Under the pieces are notes generated by a model that saw only the letters and a program-made list of their open reading frames with translations, did not search any database and was not told where the DNA came from. This document shows, piece after piece, positions 12,101 through 26,160 of a stretch of DNA of 64,000 nucleotides. Each line of letters opens with the position of its first letter. The first letter of the stretch is position 1. A program made the position numbers and the translations under genes. Source of the stretch: Bilabrum cf. latius (lineage: Eukaryota); the NCBI GenBank assembly GCA_965178125.1, contig OZ237761.1, positions 186,001 through 250,000 of the forward strand. The letters are read 5' to 3'.

Positions 12101-14446
12101 CGCTGGGTTCGGCGGCCCGCTGCCCCGCCGAGTGGATGGGCGAGGCCTCCGGGGAAATCTCCCTGCCCTTGCCCCTCTTGGGGGTGCCTGGCATGCCCAT
12201 CCCTTGTTCCCTGGCCGCCGCCTCCTCCCTTGCACCGGGTCTGACCCTTCTGTTGTCATCGGTGAGGTACAGCCGCTTCTCGAACTCTTCCTGTGGAACA
12301 GAAGGGCCGAGCTTGCTGAGCCGCTCGAGCAGCTCGTTGGCTTTGGCCGACTACTCCGTGGACCTGGATACCGCGTCGGCTGTGCTCGTCTCGATCTGTT
12401 TCTTGAGCTTCTGCATCTCTTCCGCGGAGCGGGGATGCGCCCTGGCAGCGACGCCCGCGGACCGGGCCTCAAGCCCTGGCTGGTACCGCACCACCGCGGG
12501 CTGCCTTGCATCGAACTTGACGCCCCTGCCGCCGCTGCTGTGGGACACGGGGACGCCCGCCACGGAGGACCCCGCCACCGAGTGCCCATCACCGCCTTCG
12601 TTGTTCCCTGACCCGGAGCCCCTCGAGGCCACCGAGTGCCGCGCCCTCTCCCCCTCTGACACGATGGCGGCCTCCTCCTCCCTGCTCTCCCGACTCCCGG
12701 GTCCCTCGTAAAGGCCCGAGTGCCCTGAGACGTAGCCGTGGGGGTAAGACCGCCCCGGGGACTCCTTGGTCAGCTGCGCGTTCTGTGCCCTGAGCAGGAC
12801 CTGCGCCTCCCTGAGCTTGGGCCTGCCCTTCTCCCCGCTCATCCCGGTGAGGTCACGGTACTTGGGGCCGACGTTCTCCACGCCGCGGGGGGACTGGGGG
12901 TTGTGCTGCTTGGACCCAGCGCCGGACCTGTCGGGCTGAGTCCCGCCCGAGTGGCTCTTGGGGGGCAGCGACACGCCGTTGCCGCCATTCGAGTCGTCGG
13001 AGATGCCGCTGGTCTGCAGGCGGGGCAGCGGGTGCTGCTGCCGCGGGGGCAGCATCCTGGACTTGGATCCCGAAGCGGAGCTGTTGGCAGACTCGTTTCC
13101 CGACTCCTCACCGGAGGCCCCCCGCGCCGGTGGCTCGTGCACGGCGGGCGCGTTGCCCGGCCCGTCTCCCCTCTTACCCGGGATCTGCTCGGTGCGGCCG
13201 GGGACAGCGCCCTTGCCGTAGGTGGATCTATCCGTCGAGTTGTGGGCCCGGGCGCCGCCGTTGCTGGGTGGGGGCGGTGAGGGTCCCGTGGTGGGGGGGG
13301 GAGGGGATGCCCCTGACTCCCCGCTGACCCCGGGGGGTGGCGGGGGCGACATCCCACCCGGGGGGATCGAATCGTTGCGGGCGAGCGGTGCCTGTCCCTG
13401 CCCCTGCCCCTGCCCCAGATCACCAGGTGGGGGGGTGAGGCTGTCGGGCAGAATCGAGGCGTCCGAGGGCTGCTTGTTCAGGGGCTTGTTGATCTGCTCG
13501 TCCTGACGGTGGTCCGTCTGCCCCTACTGCTGCTGCTGGGCAGATGATTGAGGCGGGGGGGGCGGCTCGACCTGCTCGTTGGACGTGTCAGCGGCCGCTG
13601 CCGCCGCCGCCGGTGGTGGTGGTGGTGGTGGTGTGCCCTCTTGCTGTTCCCTGCTCGGCGCGCGGGGCCTTTGCGGGGGAGGCGGCGGGCCGCCCGCACC
13701 TGACTGCGCGGCGCCTGCAGCCGGTTCCGCAGCGGTGGAAGAAGGGGGCGGGGGCGGCTCGACCGAGGTAAGAGCATCGTTCGACTCGAACGCGTGGACG
13801 GATGGCTCCGAGGACTCCCCTGGGGCGCTGAGGTCCTCCAGCTCTGAGCTTTCCGCAGGCGGGGGCACGGTGCCGGGCATCCGGCCGGCGACCCTCTCCG
13901 CCGCCGCGACGCCCTGCGGAACCACTTCCTCGCCGGTCGCTCTCGAGAAGAACCTTCCCTGCGCGTCCAGGTCAAGGTCCTGCAGTGCCGCTGCATTGGA
14001 GCGGGTCACCTGGGTCTGCGAACAATGGTTTCGGGTGTGTGGGAAGAGGAGTGATGAGTGCAATGATTGGGTGAAGTAGTAGTTGGTATCGATCGATGGA
14101 GGCAGCGGGGCATGCCGGGAGTCGTAACGAGAGGGAGCGGACCTTCTGCGATTCGGCTAGCCTTGTCTGCTTGGGTTCAGCCCGCTAAAGACTCTACGTT
14201 GAATATCTTTCTCACTCTGACCATCCGCAGCCACTCGTCGCGCGTGTCCCTGTCATCGAATGCGAGCACGGCCGAATCCCCAGGCCTCTCCGGCTGCATC
14301 ACCTTGAAGCCGTCGTGGCCCGCAGGCGGTCGAGCATCGCCAGCCTCAAGGGGCAGCACTCGGGCTCCTTCGTACAGCAATACCCTTCGTTTGGGCACTG
14401 TGCCTGGTTTCGGACTGCTTATTTCCGAGAACAAATCCAGGTTCAT
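6147..14446 (-). CDS. Very large Clu-domain/TPR protein with EF-hand-like motif and probable N-terminal PH-like exon; 5' end uncertain
   Basis: ORFs 13524..14063, 12351..13352, 8115..12062 and 6147..8084 are one frame joined by TAG only (13524, 12351, 12087, 8115). Clu-like motifs CVVDSLGYRI, GHQGYDRRFYVQNLARLMP and MHGAGVNARYLG; TPR-like helices at the C-terminus; DPTGQGVLTRPEF; upstream exon ends RDEWLRMVR followed by a GT donor. Confidence 0.75.
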
Positions 14447-15250
14447 GGTGCCAAGAGCAACCCATCTTTTTTGCCAGGCGCCACTGCTAGAAAGCTGCGC
14501 AACAGATAGGTGGATCTAGCAGTTAGATGTACAAAATAAATGAATACAGACTTGATTGACAGCACAACTGCATAAGCGTTTAGCACCAGTGGGTTGCGTA
14601 GGGCAGCGCGATTTGGCGCCAGCCAGGTACTCACCTTCAGTACGAGGCCTTGTAGCACAATATCGGCCGGATTGTATCCTGCATAAAAGAAAATAGAATG
14701 ATATTCGCATAAAATAGGCTCGAAGAGCGCATCATGCCGCTGTAATTAACCTTTGGCTGCATGTTGCACTCGGAGTTGCACTGCATGCAGCCCAGGCTGC
14801 CTTCCCTTACCGGCGCGATTCATGCTGCCTTGTGACTAGCAATGTGAAATACGCTATGGGCACCTGCAAGTCTTGCTACCAGGCGTATCGCGAAAGGGTG
14901 CTCGGACCGAGTCAACACCTTTCGCTCAACGGAACCACGCCACAGTGAATGCGCGGCGTGATCGGAGCGGCCCTTGTCGGGGGGAAGCGCTTCGGGCACA
15001 GAGCCAGCCACAACATACTGGATGTAAGTTTCCTCGAAAAAATAACACGTAAATGTTTTATAGTTTAATAATGAAGCAAACCCGGGGACTAAGGCAATCA
15101 ACGCCGTCCATCTCCAGCCCGCCCTCAAGCTTGCCCAGCCTCAGCCGCTTGGCCAGCTCCATGGGCCTGCCTTCACTCACCGCCAAAAACCCCATCCCTG
15201 CGTCTCTCTTGGCCCCAATGGTTCATCTCCACCAGCATATTTGCATGGTC

Positions 15251-15336
15251 CGGTGCATGAGGTGCATTATGAAGCTTGCCATGGCAGCCTCTCGGTGCAT
15301 GAGGTGCATCATGAAGCTTGCCATGGCAGCCTCTCG
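15251..15336. repeat. 42-bp tandem duplication (2 copies)
   Basis: CGGTGCATGAGGTGCAT(T/C)ATGAAGCTTGCCATGGCAGCCTCT starts at 15251 and 15293. Confidence 0.9.
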
Positions 15337-15442
15337 CCGAGCTTAGTCTAGTGGATCCGATCCGATCGCGGGCTTCACCTTCGCAGGGCGGCACGACATC
15401 TCTCCACCTTGCCGCACAAACACCTTGCCGCACAAAAGAGGG

Positions 15443-18400
15443 TCATGTTTCCTATCCACCTTGACGCTCAACATCCTGTCTTTCCTCTGCCTCCTCCTCC
15501 TCCTCCTGCTCCTGCTCCTCTTGCTCCTCTTCTTCCGCAGCCGTGGTAGCACCCACCTCCAGGCCTATCCTGCTCATGCTGCGCCCACCCGCCGCACCGC
15601 CACCGCCCGTCAGCAGCGGTGTGATCACCCGATTATCGATCGCGGTGAATGCCCTCTGCAGCTGGGTGAGGGAGGGGACAGCGCCGACCCCCTGCCTCCC
15701 GAATATGCCGGACAGATCCCTGCCCAGGTCACCCTCGTCCAAACCACCCTCCTCCAAATCACCCTCCTCCAAATCACCCTCCTCCACGCCAGCACCATGA
15801 GCCAACCCGCTGCCATCAGCCCCACTCAGCGGCGGTTCCGGCCCGGTGGTGGGCGTCCGCATGGCAGACCCCGTGCTGCTGCCAGGGGGGCCGCGACCAC
15901 TGCCGTTCGAGGCAGACGTGCCTGCCACTGCTGTGCCGGTACTGCCGCCAGCACCACCATGCGATGCACCCCTAGCCAGCGCGGCTACTCGTCGCACACC
16001 AGTGGCGCCCACAACGCCGTCCGCGATGGCGGCCTGGACCAGGGAGCCGTCGCTTGCGGGCAGCCCAGCCGCCACCCGCCTCTACACCAGCAGCTCCACT
16101 GCCTATCGCGCCTCCTTTTGTGTTCCCTGGCCCCTTAGTGCCCGAGCCACTGTCCCCTCGGCTTCGGCTACCGCCTCCAGCCGGGCATCTGCTCTAGCTA
16201 CTCTTGTCCTGCGCCGCTCCTCTGCAGCTGCGAGCGCTTCACCGACCGTGAAGGATCCGCGGCCCACTGGCTTCGATCGCGGGGCACGGCGAGCTGAAGG
16301 ACCGTGACCCGTGCCATCGAGGTCGTCCCGTGGCTGTGCCCTGGCCCTGGTGCTGGCGCTGCTCGGTGTAGAGTGCCCGTTCTCATGCGCCGCTGCTTTG
16401 CTCCGCTGTGCCCTGGTCGCGCTCCTGCCTCCACGTCGGGAGCCCCCGCTGCTTCGCCCGACCTGCAGCACAGCCGAGGCCGAGTCACCGCCGTGCAATG
16501 CAGCTTCCTCGCCCGAGCCCTCCTCCAGCGGATCCACATCAGCGTCCCGTCGGGTGCCACCGTCCAGCGCGATACCGGGTGCATGCCTCCCTACGTTGAT
16601 GCTCATGTGGCTCATCCCAGGACCAGAGGGCGTGCTGGGCGCGGCACCGCCAGTCCGCACCACGCGCCGTTTGCCGCTTCCTGACGCGGTGGAGCCGATG
16701 GTTCCCTCGGCTCCCGTGTCGTCGTACCCATCCGACTCCGGATCCATGCCCGTGCTCGCACCGAATTCCAATTCCGAGTCCGTGGGCGGGATGCCGCCGC
16801 ACCTCCGCTCGCGTCGATCGGCCAGCCCACCAGCAGCGTCCACCACGCCCGCTCCATGAGGCAGGACGGCCTGCATAGCAGGAAAAGCCGCGCCCCCGTC
16901 TGGCCTCGTACCTCCTCGTTGGCTCCCACCGCTTTGTAACCTCTGGTACACGGGCCCCCGCCTCCCCCTTCCATTCCCATTCCCGGCCCCTTCGACAGTC
17001 GCCCACCGCAACACCGCCAGCACGGCCGACATTCCCACCCGCTAAGCGGACGACACGCATCCCCACGCCCCCGCGCACGCCCTGCAGCAAAGCTAACCAC
17101 ACGCTGAAGACCGCACGCCGCCAGCTAATCCACCGGTGGATCCACCCTATCCCTCCGTGCGTGCCCTGCTCCAACGGAGGCCAGACACCGCACCGGCATC
17201 CGCGTCGCTCTGCGCCCCGTCTCTGAGCACCTCCTCGGGGGGCTTGCTCCCAACTGCATGCACAGCGGCCTAGCCGCCCGCACCAGCACCGTTGCCCGCC
17301 AATCCAAAGTGCCTCAGGAGCGGGCTGATGGTGCTACCGATGGAAAGCATGGAGATCACCACCACGCTCAGTGTCACGCTCTCTAGCACAGCACCCACTT
17401 TGCGACTAGGAAGCGACTTGCGCGCTTCAGATGACAGGGCGAACGCCACGCCTCCTCGCAGCCCCGAGAACCAGAGAACGAAAGGCACGGGCGGGTCGAT
17501 CTGCTGCCTGCGGCTGCGGGCTCGATTAGCGAGCGGAGTGCAGGCGTACACGTTTGCAGCGCGACCCGCCAGACACGCCAGCACCGCCACTAGCACGCTG
17601 CCCCACTCGCCTAATTTGTTGAGCGCAGACGCTCGAGAGAACAAAGAGGGGGCGGCGACCCCGATGTAGACGAACACGAGGCTCTCGCACACTTCGGCAA
17701 GAAGGCAGAACAGCTGCAAAGAGAAACGTCTCGACTGCTTGCTGACGTTGTGCTGCGTGTAGTGAGCCATAGTCATGCCAGTGAACAGAATGGCAACGAC
17801 ACCGCTGAGCTGCAACCCTTCCGCCAGCATGTACGACACGAATGGCACGAGCACCAGCACCGCACGCTCCAGCGACGCCTCCGATCCCCTCATGGGAACG
17901 TGCTTGAACAGCAGCGCCGCGCACACACCCACACCCACACCGATCACCACGCTGCCCAAGAACGTAACGAGGAAAAACAGAGCACCCACGCCGACCGCTC
18001 GCCAGGTTACGTCCACGCCGGGGGAGGAGAACTGGAGCAGCGTGTGGTACAGCACGATGGCCACCGCGTCATTCAGCACGGACTCTCCAAAGACGAGCGA
18101 GTACAGCGTCTTGTCGGCGCCAAGAGCGTTGAAAGTCGCCAGCACAGCCACCGGGTCCGTGGCGCTGATGATGGCACCGAAGAGGGAGGCGTCCAGCAGC
18201 TGAGTCTCTTCGTAGAACAGGCCGAATCTGGCGGAGAGATACACGATCGCGGCCACGGACACGGTAGATAGGGCGGTTCCCAGGAATGCATACAGCCCAA
18301 TCGCCGTAAAATTCGCGAAAAAGGACCGCACATCCATGCTGAAGCCGCTCTCGTATATGATGGGAGGCAGCAGCAGCAGGAAGAAAGTCTCGGAGAAGCT

Positions 18401-19264
18401 GGTGTTCAGCTCCACCACGATCCTCGACAGGCTCCTGCTGCTGTCCAACAGCACGGCCAGCGACAGCAACAGCCCGATCGCGAAAAACACCATGCTCTCG
18501 GGCATCCACTCAATCCCGTTTTGCTTCAGCGCGTGCACCATGAGGAAGCCCACCGCCAGGATGGCCAAGCATATGAACACACCCATGAAGATCAGTGCCT
18601 GGTGACCCGCCGCCTCTTCGGGGTCCACCTGGGGCACATGCGGGTGCTCCTTCCCAGATCCCGAGCCGGCCGCAGGGGGGACAGCAGGGGATGGGGCCGC
18701 CGGTGCAGCGCTTGGTGTGGGGTGTGGGGCTGGGCTGGTGGAGGTGGTGCCATTGGGTGAGGCCGTGGCATTCGGTGTTGCTGGCACTAGGCTCGGGCTT
18801 GGAGCAGCGCTGGACGGTTGTGCATCATGCGGGTCTGTCCCACTCTCATCGTCTGATTCCCCAGACCCCGCCCCGCCGTGCGGGTGTGCAGACCCGGAAA
18901 CGCTTGCCGTGGGCGCCGTTGCATTCGATTGGACCGGTGCCCACGATGGGAGCGGAGTTATCGTATCGTTCATCGCCTTCACGCTTGGCGATGCATACAC
19001 CGTCGGTACGGATGTGTTCGCCGCCGTTGATGGCACCATCGCAGTCGATGGGGCAGCACTAACAGATGCGTTGGCAGCCAAGCTCGGGGAGGGCTCCAGT
19101 GGAATCTCCGGCACGGTGTCGTCGTCGACTCCAAATCCAAACAGATCATTATCAGCATGATCATCTTCACGACCGCGCTGCTGCCGTTGGCTGCCAAAAC
19201 TTCTGTCACCGAAGGCAGCAGGAGCAAACACGAAACAGATCAGCAGTACCGCGTACGAGCCCAT
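15443..19264 (-). CDS. Na+/H+ exchanger (CPA1/NHE-NHX family) with long low-complexity C-terminal tail
   Basis: Motifs FFLLLLPPIIYESG, ISATDPVAVL, LVFGESVLNDAVAIVLY and WFSGLRGGVAFAL; frame continues through TAGs at 17270, 17093, 17042, 16103 and 15452 to TGA 15443. Confidence 0.9.
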
Positions 19265-19475
19265 ACTGGTTGTTGTTAACGCGGCATCTTAGCTTCAGTG
19301 CGGTATGTGCGCGATATGGACTTTAAAAGTTCACAAAAGATTCTCCATACAGGAGATAGGGACACCAAACTGCAAGTTTTTGTCAATATCACGACAGTTC
19401 CGAGAGCGGTCAAATTTGCATCGCACTGGGGTGCACTGCGAAACTTGCTGCAAAGCCAATCATAGGCATTGTACC

Positions 19476-20693
19476 ATGCAAGACGACGCCGAGAAGGCGC
19501 AAGAACGGGCGAAAGCTCTGGAGTAGCGTAAGAAAGCCGAAGAAGACGCAAGAAAGCGTCGAGCCAAGGCGAAGGCCTTCCTTGCGAACAAAGGCCTCGA
19601 CGCAACGACGGGGAAGGATGCATCCAAGAAGGAAGTTCAACAAGCCATGCGGCTAGCAGATAATACTCTCGAGCAGGTTCATTTGAGGCGGCTGCAACAG
19701 CAGTCTGGAGCAGGCCGTGGAGGTGGCCTGCCACAGGGATGGGCGCGATCCACGGCGCCGTCGGGCGCAACCTATTACTACTAGCAAGGTTCAACTTTAT
19801 CCTCTTGGCTGCATCCAGGTACTTCAATGCCAAACGAGGCTCCGGTTGCTCCTGTAAAAGGCGGCCCGGCGATCCCGATCCCACCACCGGCCGTCCCTCA
19901 GCATGCGTGGCCGAGCGGCGGCCCCCTCCGATGGCAAGCAGCCCTCGACCCGAAATCTGGTGGGCTGATGTTCGTACAAAAAAGCGCGTCCATCGGAGGA
20001 GCTGCACCGCGGCAGATTGGAAAAGCGGTTTGGGGAGGTGCTCCGTCGCACGGGGCGAGCACGCGAGCAGGTGCTCCTGCTGCCGATGCTCGCGGCGGTC
20101 GCAGCGGGCCGGGCTGGCAGGCGCCCGCGGGTGGAGGTGTGACGAGTGCATCTTCAGGTGGTGGTATGGCGTCGGCAGGGAAAGGCCCGGGGTTCCGGTT
20201 TAAGCCTGCCCGCGGAAGGGGTGGCCCGGGGGCTGGGTGGGTAAGGGGACGGGGCGCGTGGGGTGGGCGAGGGCGAGCTGGCGACAGGGGCAGCAGGGGC
20301 AGGGGCCGAGGCCGCGGGCGTGGTGGGGCACCTCTGGGTAGCGGAATCGGCGCCGCGCATTCCCAAGAGCAGAAAGAGAAGGAGGAGGAGATTGACCCGA
20401 TGGACCCCACAGGCACAGGGGGTACGTGGACGGACGGGATGGAGTGGGTGCAGAAGCAGCAGAGGCAGCGGGCCAGGGAACAAGCAGAGAGGGAGGGGGT
20501 GGATGTCCCCAGTGCTGGACCATCTAAACCATCCGGGGCAGGCGCCGCGCCACCCAAGGGTGTGAGCAGCAGCAGCAGCCAAAGCTCGCGATGGGGTAGT
20601 GGCAGTGGCAGTGGCAGTGGCAGTGGCAGTGGCAGTGGCAGTGGCAGTGGCAGTGGCAGTGGCAGCTACCTGGGCATGCCGCCCCCGACATGA
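19476..20693 (+). CDS. WW-domain protein, PQBP1-like; probably contains an intron near 19790-19820
   Basis: LPQGWARSTAPSGATYYY WW motif; IDPMDPTGTGGTWTDG resembles the PQBP1 C-terminal motif; in-frame TAGs near the N-terminus. Confidence 0.55.
20598..20665. repeat. (AGTGGC)n microsatellite encoding (SG)n
   Basis: Directly visible. Confidence 0.95.
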
Positions 20694-20901
20694 TAACGAA
20701 GTAAAGTAAGTTTATAAGTTTACATTTTGGGCGTATTCTATGTTGACTTGATGTGTTGCCCGTTCTTCTGGGCGCACGGATGACGACGGTGCTTCCGGAA
20801 GCAAGCGCTCATCACGCTTCGCTTCGCAGGCTGGGCACCCGCGTGGCGACCCGCCTCAACTTGCAACTCACAATTGAGACCTGCAAAACTAGCTCCTTGC
20901 G

Positions 20902-21977
20902 ATGGCAGCAGCAGCGGAAGATAAGAAGATCATTGCAGTATTCGGTGCGACTGGAGCTCAAGGTGGCAACGTCCTAAAAGGCTTGCAGGCCAGCAAGACG
21001 CCGTGGGCCATTCGCGCGCTCACCCGCAACCCCGATTCTGACAAGTCCAAGCTGCTCAAGGAGCAGGGATGCGAAGTGGTAAAGGTTGAGGCAAGCGACA
21101 AAGATTCCCTTGCGGCTGCCCTGAAGGGAGTGTACGGAGCTTTCGTGGTCACGCAGTTTTGGGAGAAGATGGACGGCAACCTTGAGCTGGAGCAGGGGAA
21201 GAACATCGCGGAGGCTTGCGCTGCCGCAGGTGTCCAGCACGTGGTCTTCTCTAGTCTTGAAGATACTAGAGAAGCGAACGCGGTGAGTATAGAAGCCGCA
21301 CTAGAGCGCTTTCATTCGCAACGCGCCAAGTGCGATGACGTGTCAAAGATCTGCCTGCCTACTTGCCATGCAACTCGATCCCGCAGGCTGGCGAGCTCGC
21401 ATCTGACACGCTTGAGCCATTGCAAGACAAAGATGGCAACAAGTGGATCATCCCCCACTTCGATGCAAAGGGGGCCATTCAGAAGGTCATGAGCGACATG
21501 AAGCTCCCCGCCACCTTCGTGCTGTACTCCATGTATCTGGACAACTTCATGTCGCTCATGAAGGCCCAGAAGTAGGAAGATGGATCTCGTGTGATCGCTG
21601 TTCCAATGAGCGACAAGCCTACGGGCCTGATCAGCGTGGAGGACGCGGGCCCTGCCGTGGCCGCCATCTTCGAGAACCGTGACGAGTACCTGGGCAAGAG
21701 TGTGGGCCTGGCCAACGAGAACGTGGGCATGGACAAGGTCGCGGAGGCCTTCAGCGAGGCCACGGGTGAGAAGTTTGTCTACGCGCCCGTGCCCATGGAA
21801 GCCTTCGCCGCCTTTGGGTTTCCCGGGGCAGAGGAGCTCTCACGGATGTTTGGTGCTCTCTACTGCGCCGATCAGAAGCACTGCGTGAGGGACCCGGAGG
21901 CCACGAGGAAGCTCAACCCGGCTCTGAGGACGATCAAGGAGTGGGCAGCTGCTCACAAAGACGAGCTGCTGGCATGA
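20902..21977 (+). CDS. NmrA/HSCARG-family NAD(P)-binding protein, 2 exons (intron 21283-21386)
   Basis: IAVFGATGAQGG Rossmann motif, HVVFSSL, PHFDAKG; GTGAGT...CAG intron; in-frame TAG 21573-21575 inside the domain; ends at TGA. Confidence 0.9.
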
Positions 21978-22084
21978 GCATGTGTTCGGGCTTGGAAGCG
22001 AGCAAGTGCTCCGTGCTCGTTCTCTATCTGCCATTCGATAGAACTGTTTCTGGATAGATTGCTCATAAATTATATTATTTAGTT

Positions 22085-23899
22085 TCAGGTAGACTGAGTC
22101 GTATCGGCAGCTGCGGCACCACCACCTCTAGCTTCGCCTGCCCCTGCCGACTCGCCACCACGGGAATCTTCTACAAGTTGCAGAACCCCTGGGCCTGCAG
22201 ATCCACTGGCCCCGCCCCTTGCCCTGCCACGACTGGCACTACCACCGGTAGTGACAGGGGGGGCACTGCCGGTGCTCGCCTCAGCTGCACCACGACCATC
22301 CCCTGTAGCTGCCGGTGCACCCGATTCATCTTTCGTCTTTTGCTTCTTCTTTTTGTTCTTGTTCTTCTTCTTTTGTTTTCCCCCGGTGGTGCCAGCAGGC
22401 TCCACCCAGCCGGCGTGCTTCAGCACGAAGCCGACCACGGCGTTGGTGTGAGCGGCCTGCTGCGGCATCGCGTGCCCCTTCGTGTGCTTCATCCACTCGG
22501 AATCATAAAACATGCCGGCGAGCTCCCTGCTGAGCTATTCTGCCACCACAGGATCGCCGTCCCCCGCGATGTGGAGGCTGGGCATTCGGAGATGTGGGCC
22601 AACCGCATCCGGGGCACCTGCCGCGGCCCCTTCTGTCCTGCCAAACACTTCTTCAGTTGTGTCAGAGGTGCCTTTTGCCTCGACCTGGCCTGTGCTAGGG
22701 CCAGAGGCAGCACCCGCTCCGGAGGACGATGCATCGGCCGCTCCAGCGGGCTCGATCTAGGTGGGTGCAAGGGGCGCTGGGTGCAATGGGGGCGCTGTCG
22801 AAGACGACGCAGCCTCCGACGATACATCAATCTATTCTGTATCAGGCGACTGCGCTGCGGATGGGGCAGTCGACGGTGGCCCGGCCGTACTCGCGTCACA
22901 CCTGGCAGGGAAGGCGCAGCAGAGCACCGCGCACTTCGGTCGCAGCGGCCAAACCGGAAGTACGAGGTCGTCGGCGGCCGCGTGTATTCCGAACGTGCCC
23001 GCCGCCATAGCCAGCGCTGTGTCCGAGTCGGTGGCCCCTGGTCCGGTGGCCACGTCACCGGGCACGGCCGAGGCGAGCACGCCGCTGCTGAGCACTTGCT
23101 CAGGGACTGCTGCCGCTGCACCGCTGCTGCCTGCTGAGGCAGCAGCGGCTCCGATACTAGCATGAGTACCGATGCAACCGCTAGGTAGCGTTGGCGGGAC
23201 CTCATCAGCTGCTTCTGCCTCCCTAACGATGTGGTGGGCGAGCACGCCGCCCTGGGAAAACCCAAGAATCGCATCAAACCCGTCGTGGTACTCCCAAAGC
23301 CGGCTCACAACTTCCAGGCTCCGTCGCATGCCGACGTACACGCAACCGCTGGCTTGGGGGTGAAAGGGGTCCCTGCCTTCGGTTGGATCCCTTGGCTGGT
23401 ATCCAAACCAGCCCCGCGGTTCTGCTCGCTCAATCGGCGCGCCTCCCGGGGCACTGTCCTCGTCGAGTTCTAGCACGTGGGGCGCTTGCGCGAATACCGT
23501 GAGAATGCCACCTTTTCTCATTTTTCGACGAAAGGCTGAAACCCTGTCGAACAGTACTCTGGCATTCTGCGTCCAGCCATGGAGTACAAGCACCTTGGCC
23601 CGCACAGGCTGCACTTCGGAAGGATCCACCAACGAGCCGAGAATGGATTCCACTGGCCCTTTGCCTTCGTACTTTGGTGCACGACCAGACGCAAGGCTGT
23701 GTGAGTCACATTGCTTCGCTCCTGAGCCTGCCATTGCCCTCGGTGCTCCGGCGATGGAACGAGCGACAATTCTCTTTACTGCGCTGGAGGCTCTCATCTC
23801 GGACTCTATAGCCTGCGTCGAACCTGTACTAGGTGTTGTGGTATTTGATGGTGCAGATAAATCCATGTTTTGTGCTGTGCGAGTTGATGAGGGTGACAT
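22085..23899 (-). CDS. Serine hydrolase FSH1/OVCA2 family
   Basis: VLVLHGWTQN, GFSQGG nucleophile, PSLHIAGDGDPVV and KGHAMP; Ser is linked to Asp/His only through TAGs at 22832 and 22757. Start codon uncertain. Confidence 0.8.
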
Positions 23900-24555
23900 G
23901 GGTTCGGCACGAACCTGAACCGGCCGGGCAGCGAACTCCGCCAGCCTGAGAGTGCCAGTGGTACCATGCAAAGATGCCAACCATGCTCTACTGACCAATG
24001 CAAACAAGTGCAACAGCCCCGCAAAGCAAGCGCAGACACGCGGCGAGCGCACGAGTGAACAGCAAACAGATAGACCAGCATGCCACCGTGGCACGCGCAA
24101 ACGAGGGCCGTCCGCGTGGCACGACGCACTGCAGTCCAACCAGGTTGCAACCACTCGAATCAAGCCCCATGTCTGCGAAAGCTAGCACCAATTCTTCATT
24201 CGAAAGTGCCGCCGCCGGCGCTCAAACGCGAGCACGACACGCGACCGGAATCTCAACTCGAGAGCAGGATGCCCGTCGCTTATCGCGCACGATAAAACGC
24301 CGCGACGGACTGAACAAGGCGCGGTTCACCACCAACAATCCCAACAGCCGAGATTGCGACATCAATCACCGCTCCTTTAAGGCAGTCTACACCCCCACCG
24401 CGCAGAGCGACTCCATGCACCCGGCTACTCACGACACTCACAGCCTCGGCGCATCCGGCCGCGAGGCCAAGATGCACAAGATCGGAGCAGGGAACAAACG
24501 GGGCATAAAGTCACGACACGATGGGGTAGACGCAAGCGCAGTGCAATGCACCTGC

Positions 24556-26160
24556 TCAGAGCTCCTTGCCGATGGCGCCGGCCACGACGGCCCGCAGCTG
24601 CTCGGGGGTGGCCCGGAGTCCCTTGGCGCGGTGGGGCATCTGCTCCATGGCCTGCTCGATGAGGGCGTCAACGGAACCGGCGGCCTCCACGGCACCGCGC
24701 ACGCTGTCGGCGGCGAGGAGCGCACGGCGGGCGGACTCGGCGGAGCTGTAGCGGTTCAGGCCGGCGCGCAGGACACGGGACCGGGGGCAGCCGGGGAAGG
24801 TGGACACGGCGAAGTCTGCGACCTCGGTGGCGTCGGCGGTGGGGGGGAAGTTGTCGTTGGATCCCTGGTCGTCGTCGCCCTGGCACTGGTTGCTCATGGG
24901 GCACGTGGCGTTGTTGATCACCTTGAACATCGAGGGGTCGATGGCACCGGCCTTGAACTGCGAGGGAACAATCGGAGGAAAGGACAGCACTAGAAGGGTG
25001 CACAAGAGAGGGAGCGGTGGGGCATGGTGCGGATGGATGGCCATGACAGCTTGCATGCTTGACAGCCCAAGTCTTGCTCAACGACATCAACCCCCCTCAC
25101 CTGGTCGTAGCTGGCGTTCTGGTGGATGAGCTGCTCGCTGCCGAAGCCGATCGAGTCGGCCTCAAGCACAGGCCCGGCGTTGGAGCGGCTGTAAGGAGAG
25201 GAGATGTCCGTGTAGAAGTGGGACTCCTGCACGGTCAGGTTGAGGATGGGGATGGCGACGCGCCAGAAGATGTCCTCGACCTGGTGGCCGGCGATGGTGG
25301 TGGCGCCCTCGTCCGTGGCATTCTCGCCGTAGCCCAGGCGGGTGAGGGGAGCGTCCTAGGGGTCGATGGGGCAGTAGGACTGGCACGTGTGCGTGGCATC
25401 CACAGCGTACTCCTTCAGGGTCTTGAAGTCCTGCACGACACCGCTGCGAAGATCGTCGAAACTTTCTGGAAATATTTATATGTATGGGATGGTTTTTGGT
25501 GGCGATGCAGTGAACGTCTAGCGATGCAGCGAGCCTGGCGAGGACACGTCTTGCGAATGCTGCTGATCGGCGCAAATGGCTGATGATTTCCGTGCGAAGA
25601 CTTGCGAAAGCTCACCTGCCATCAGGGTTGGCCAGGAACACAGCCTGCTGCGTGACGGAGAAGTACTGCTTGGCAGCCTCATACACGGTCTGGATCTTGC
25701 ACTGAGGGGCCTTGGCAGAGCAGCACAAGTCTCCGTTCGGGCCGTTGTACCCGCCCTGGTCGATGGCGACTGCAAAGTGAACAAGAAAACGAAGTAAAAC
25801 AAAACAGACGATGGTAGTAGGTTTCCGAAAGAGACCCGCCTGGCATGCCAAGCCAGAACCACAATGGACTCGAGCGAACAACTCGGTGTGCACGGGTAGA
25901 CGGCAGAAATTCGAGCGAATTCAGGAATAGTCAATGTTCAGCTGTCCTCAATCAAAGTAAATTCGCTCATGTGGACTGGATGTACCCCAAAACTAAGGAA
26001 CAAGATGGTGTCTTCAAGCAGAAATCTATGGATCGAACCAGCCGCCAGTGTTCTCACCAGTCTGCACCACCACAGCGCTCCAATCGGGGGCAAACTGGGG
26101 GAGCTGCTGAGAAAATACAGCAGAAGCAAGCGTGGCAACGACAGCGGCGGCAGTCTTCAT
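24556..26160 (-). CDS. Secreted multi-exon protein, possibly ependymin-related
   Basis: Signal peptide MKTAAAVVATLASAVFS, several GT-AG introns, C-terminal FKAGAIDPSMFKV..C pattern; exon boundaries approximate. Confidence 0.5.

Noticed and set aside
14820-15433. Possible small gene between the Clu and NHE genes
   Set aside because: No recognisable motif or consistent frame; not supportable.
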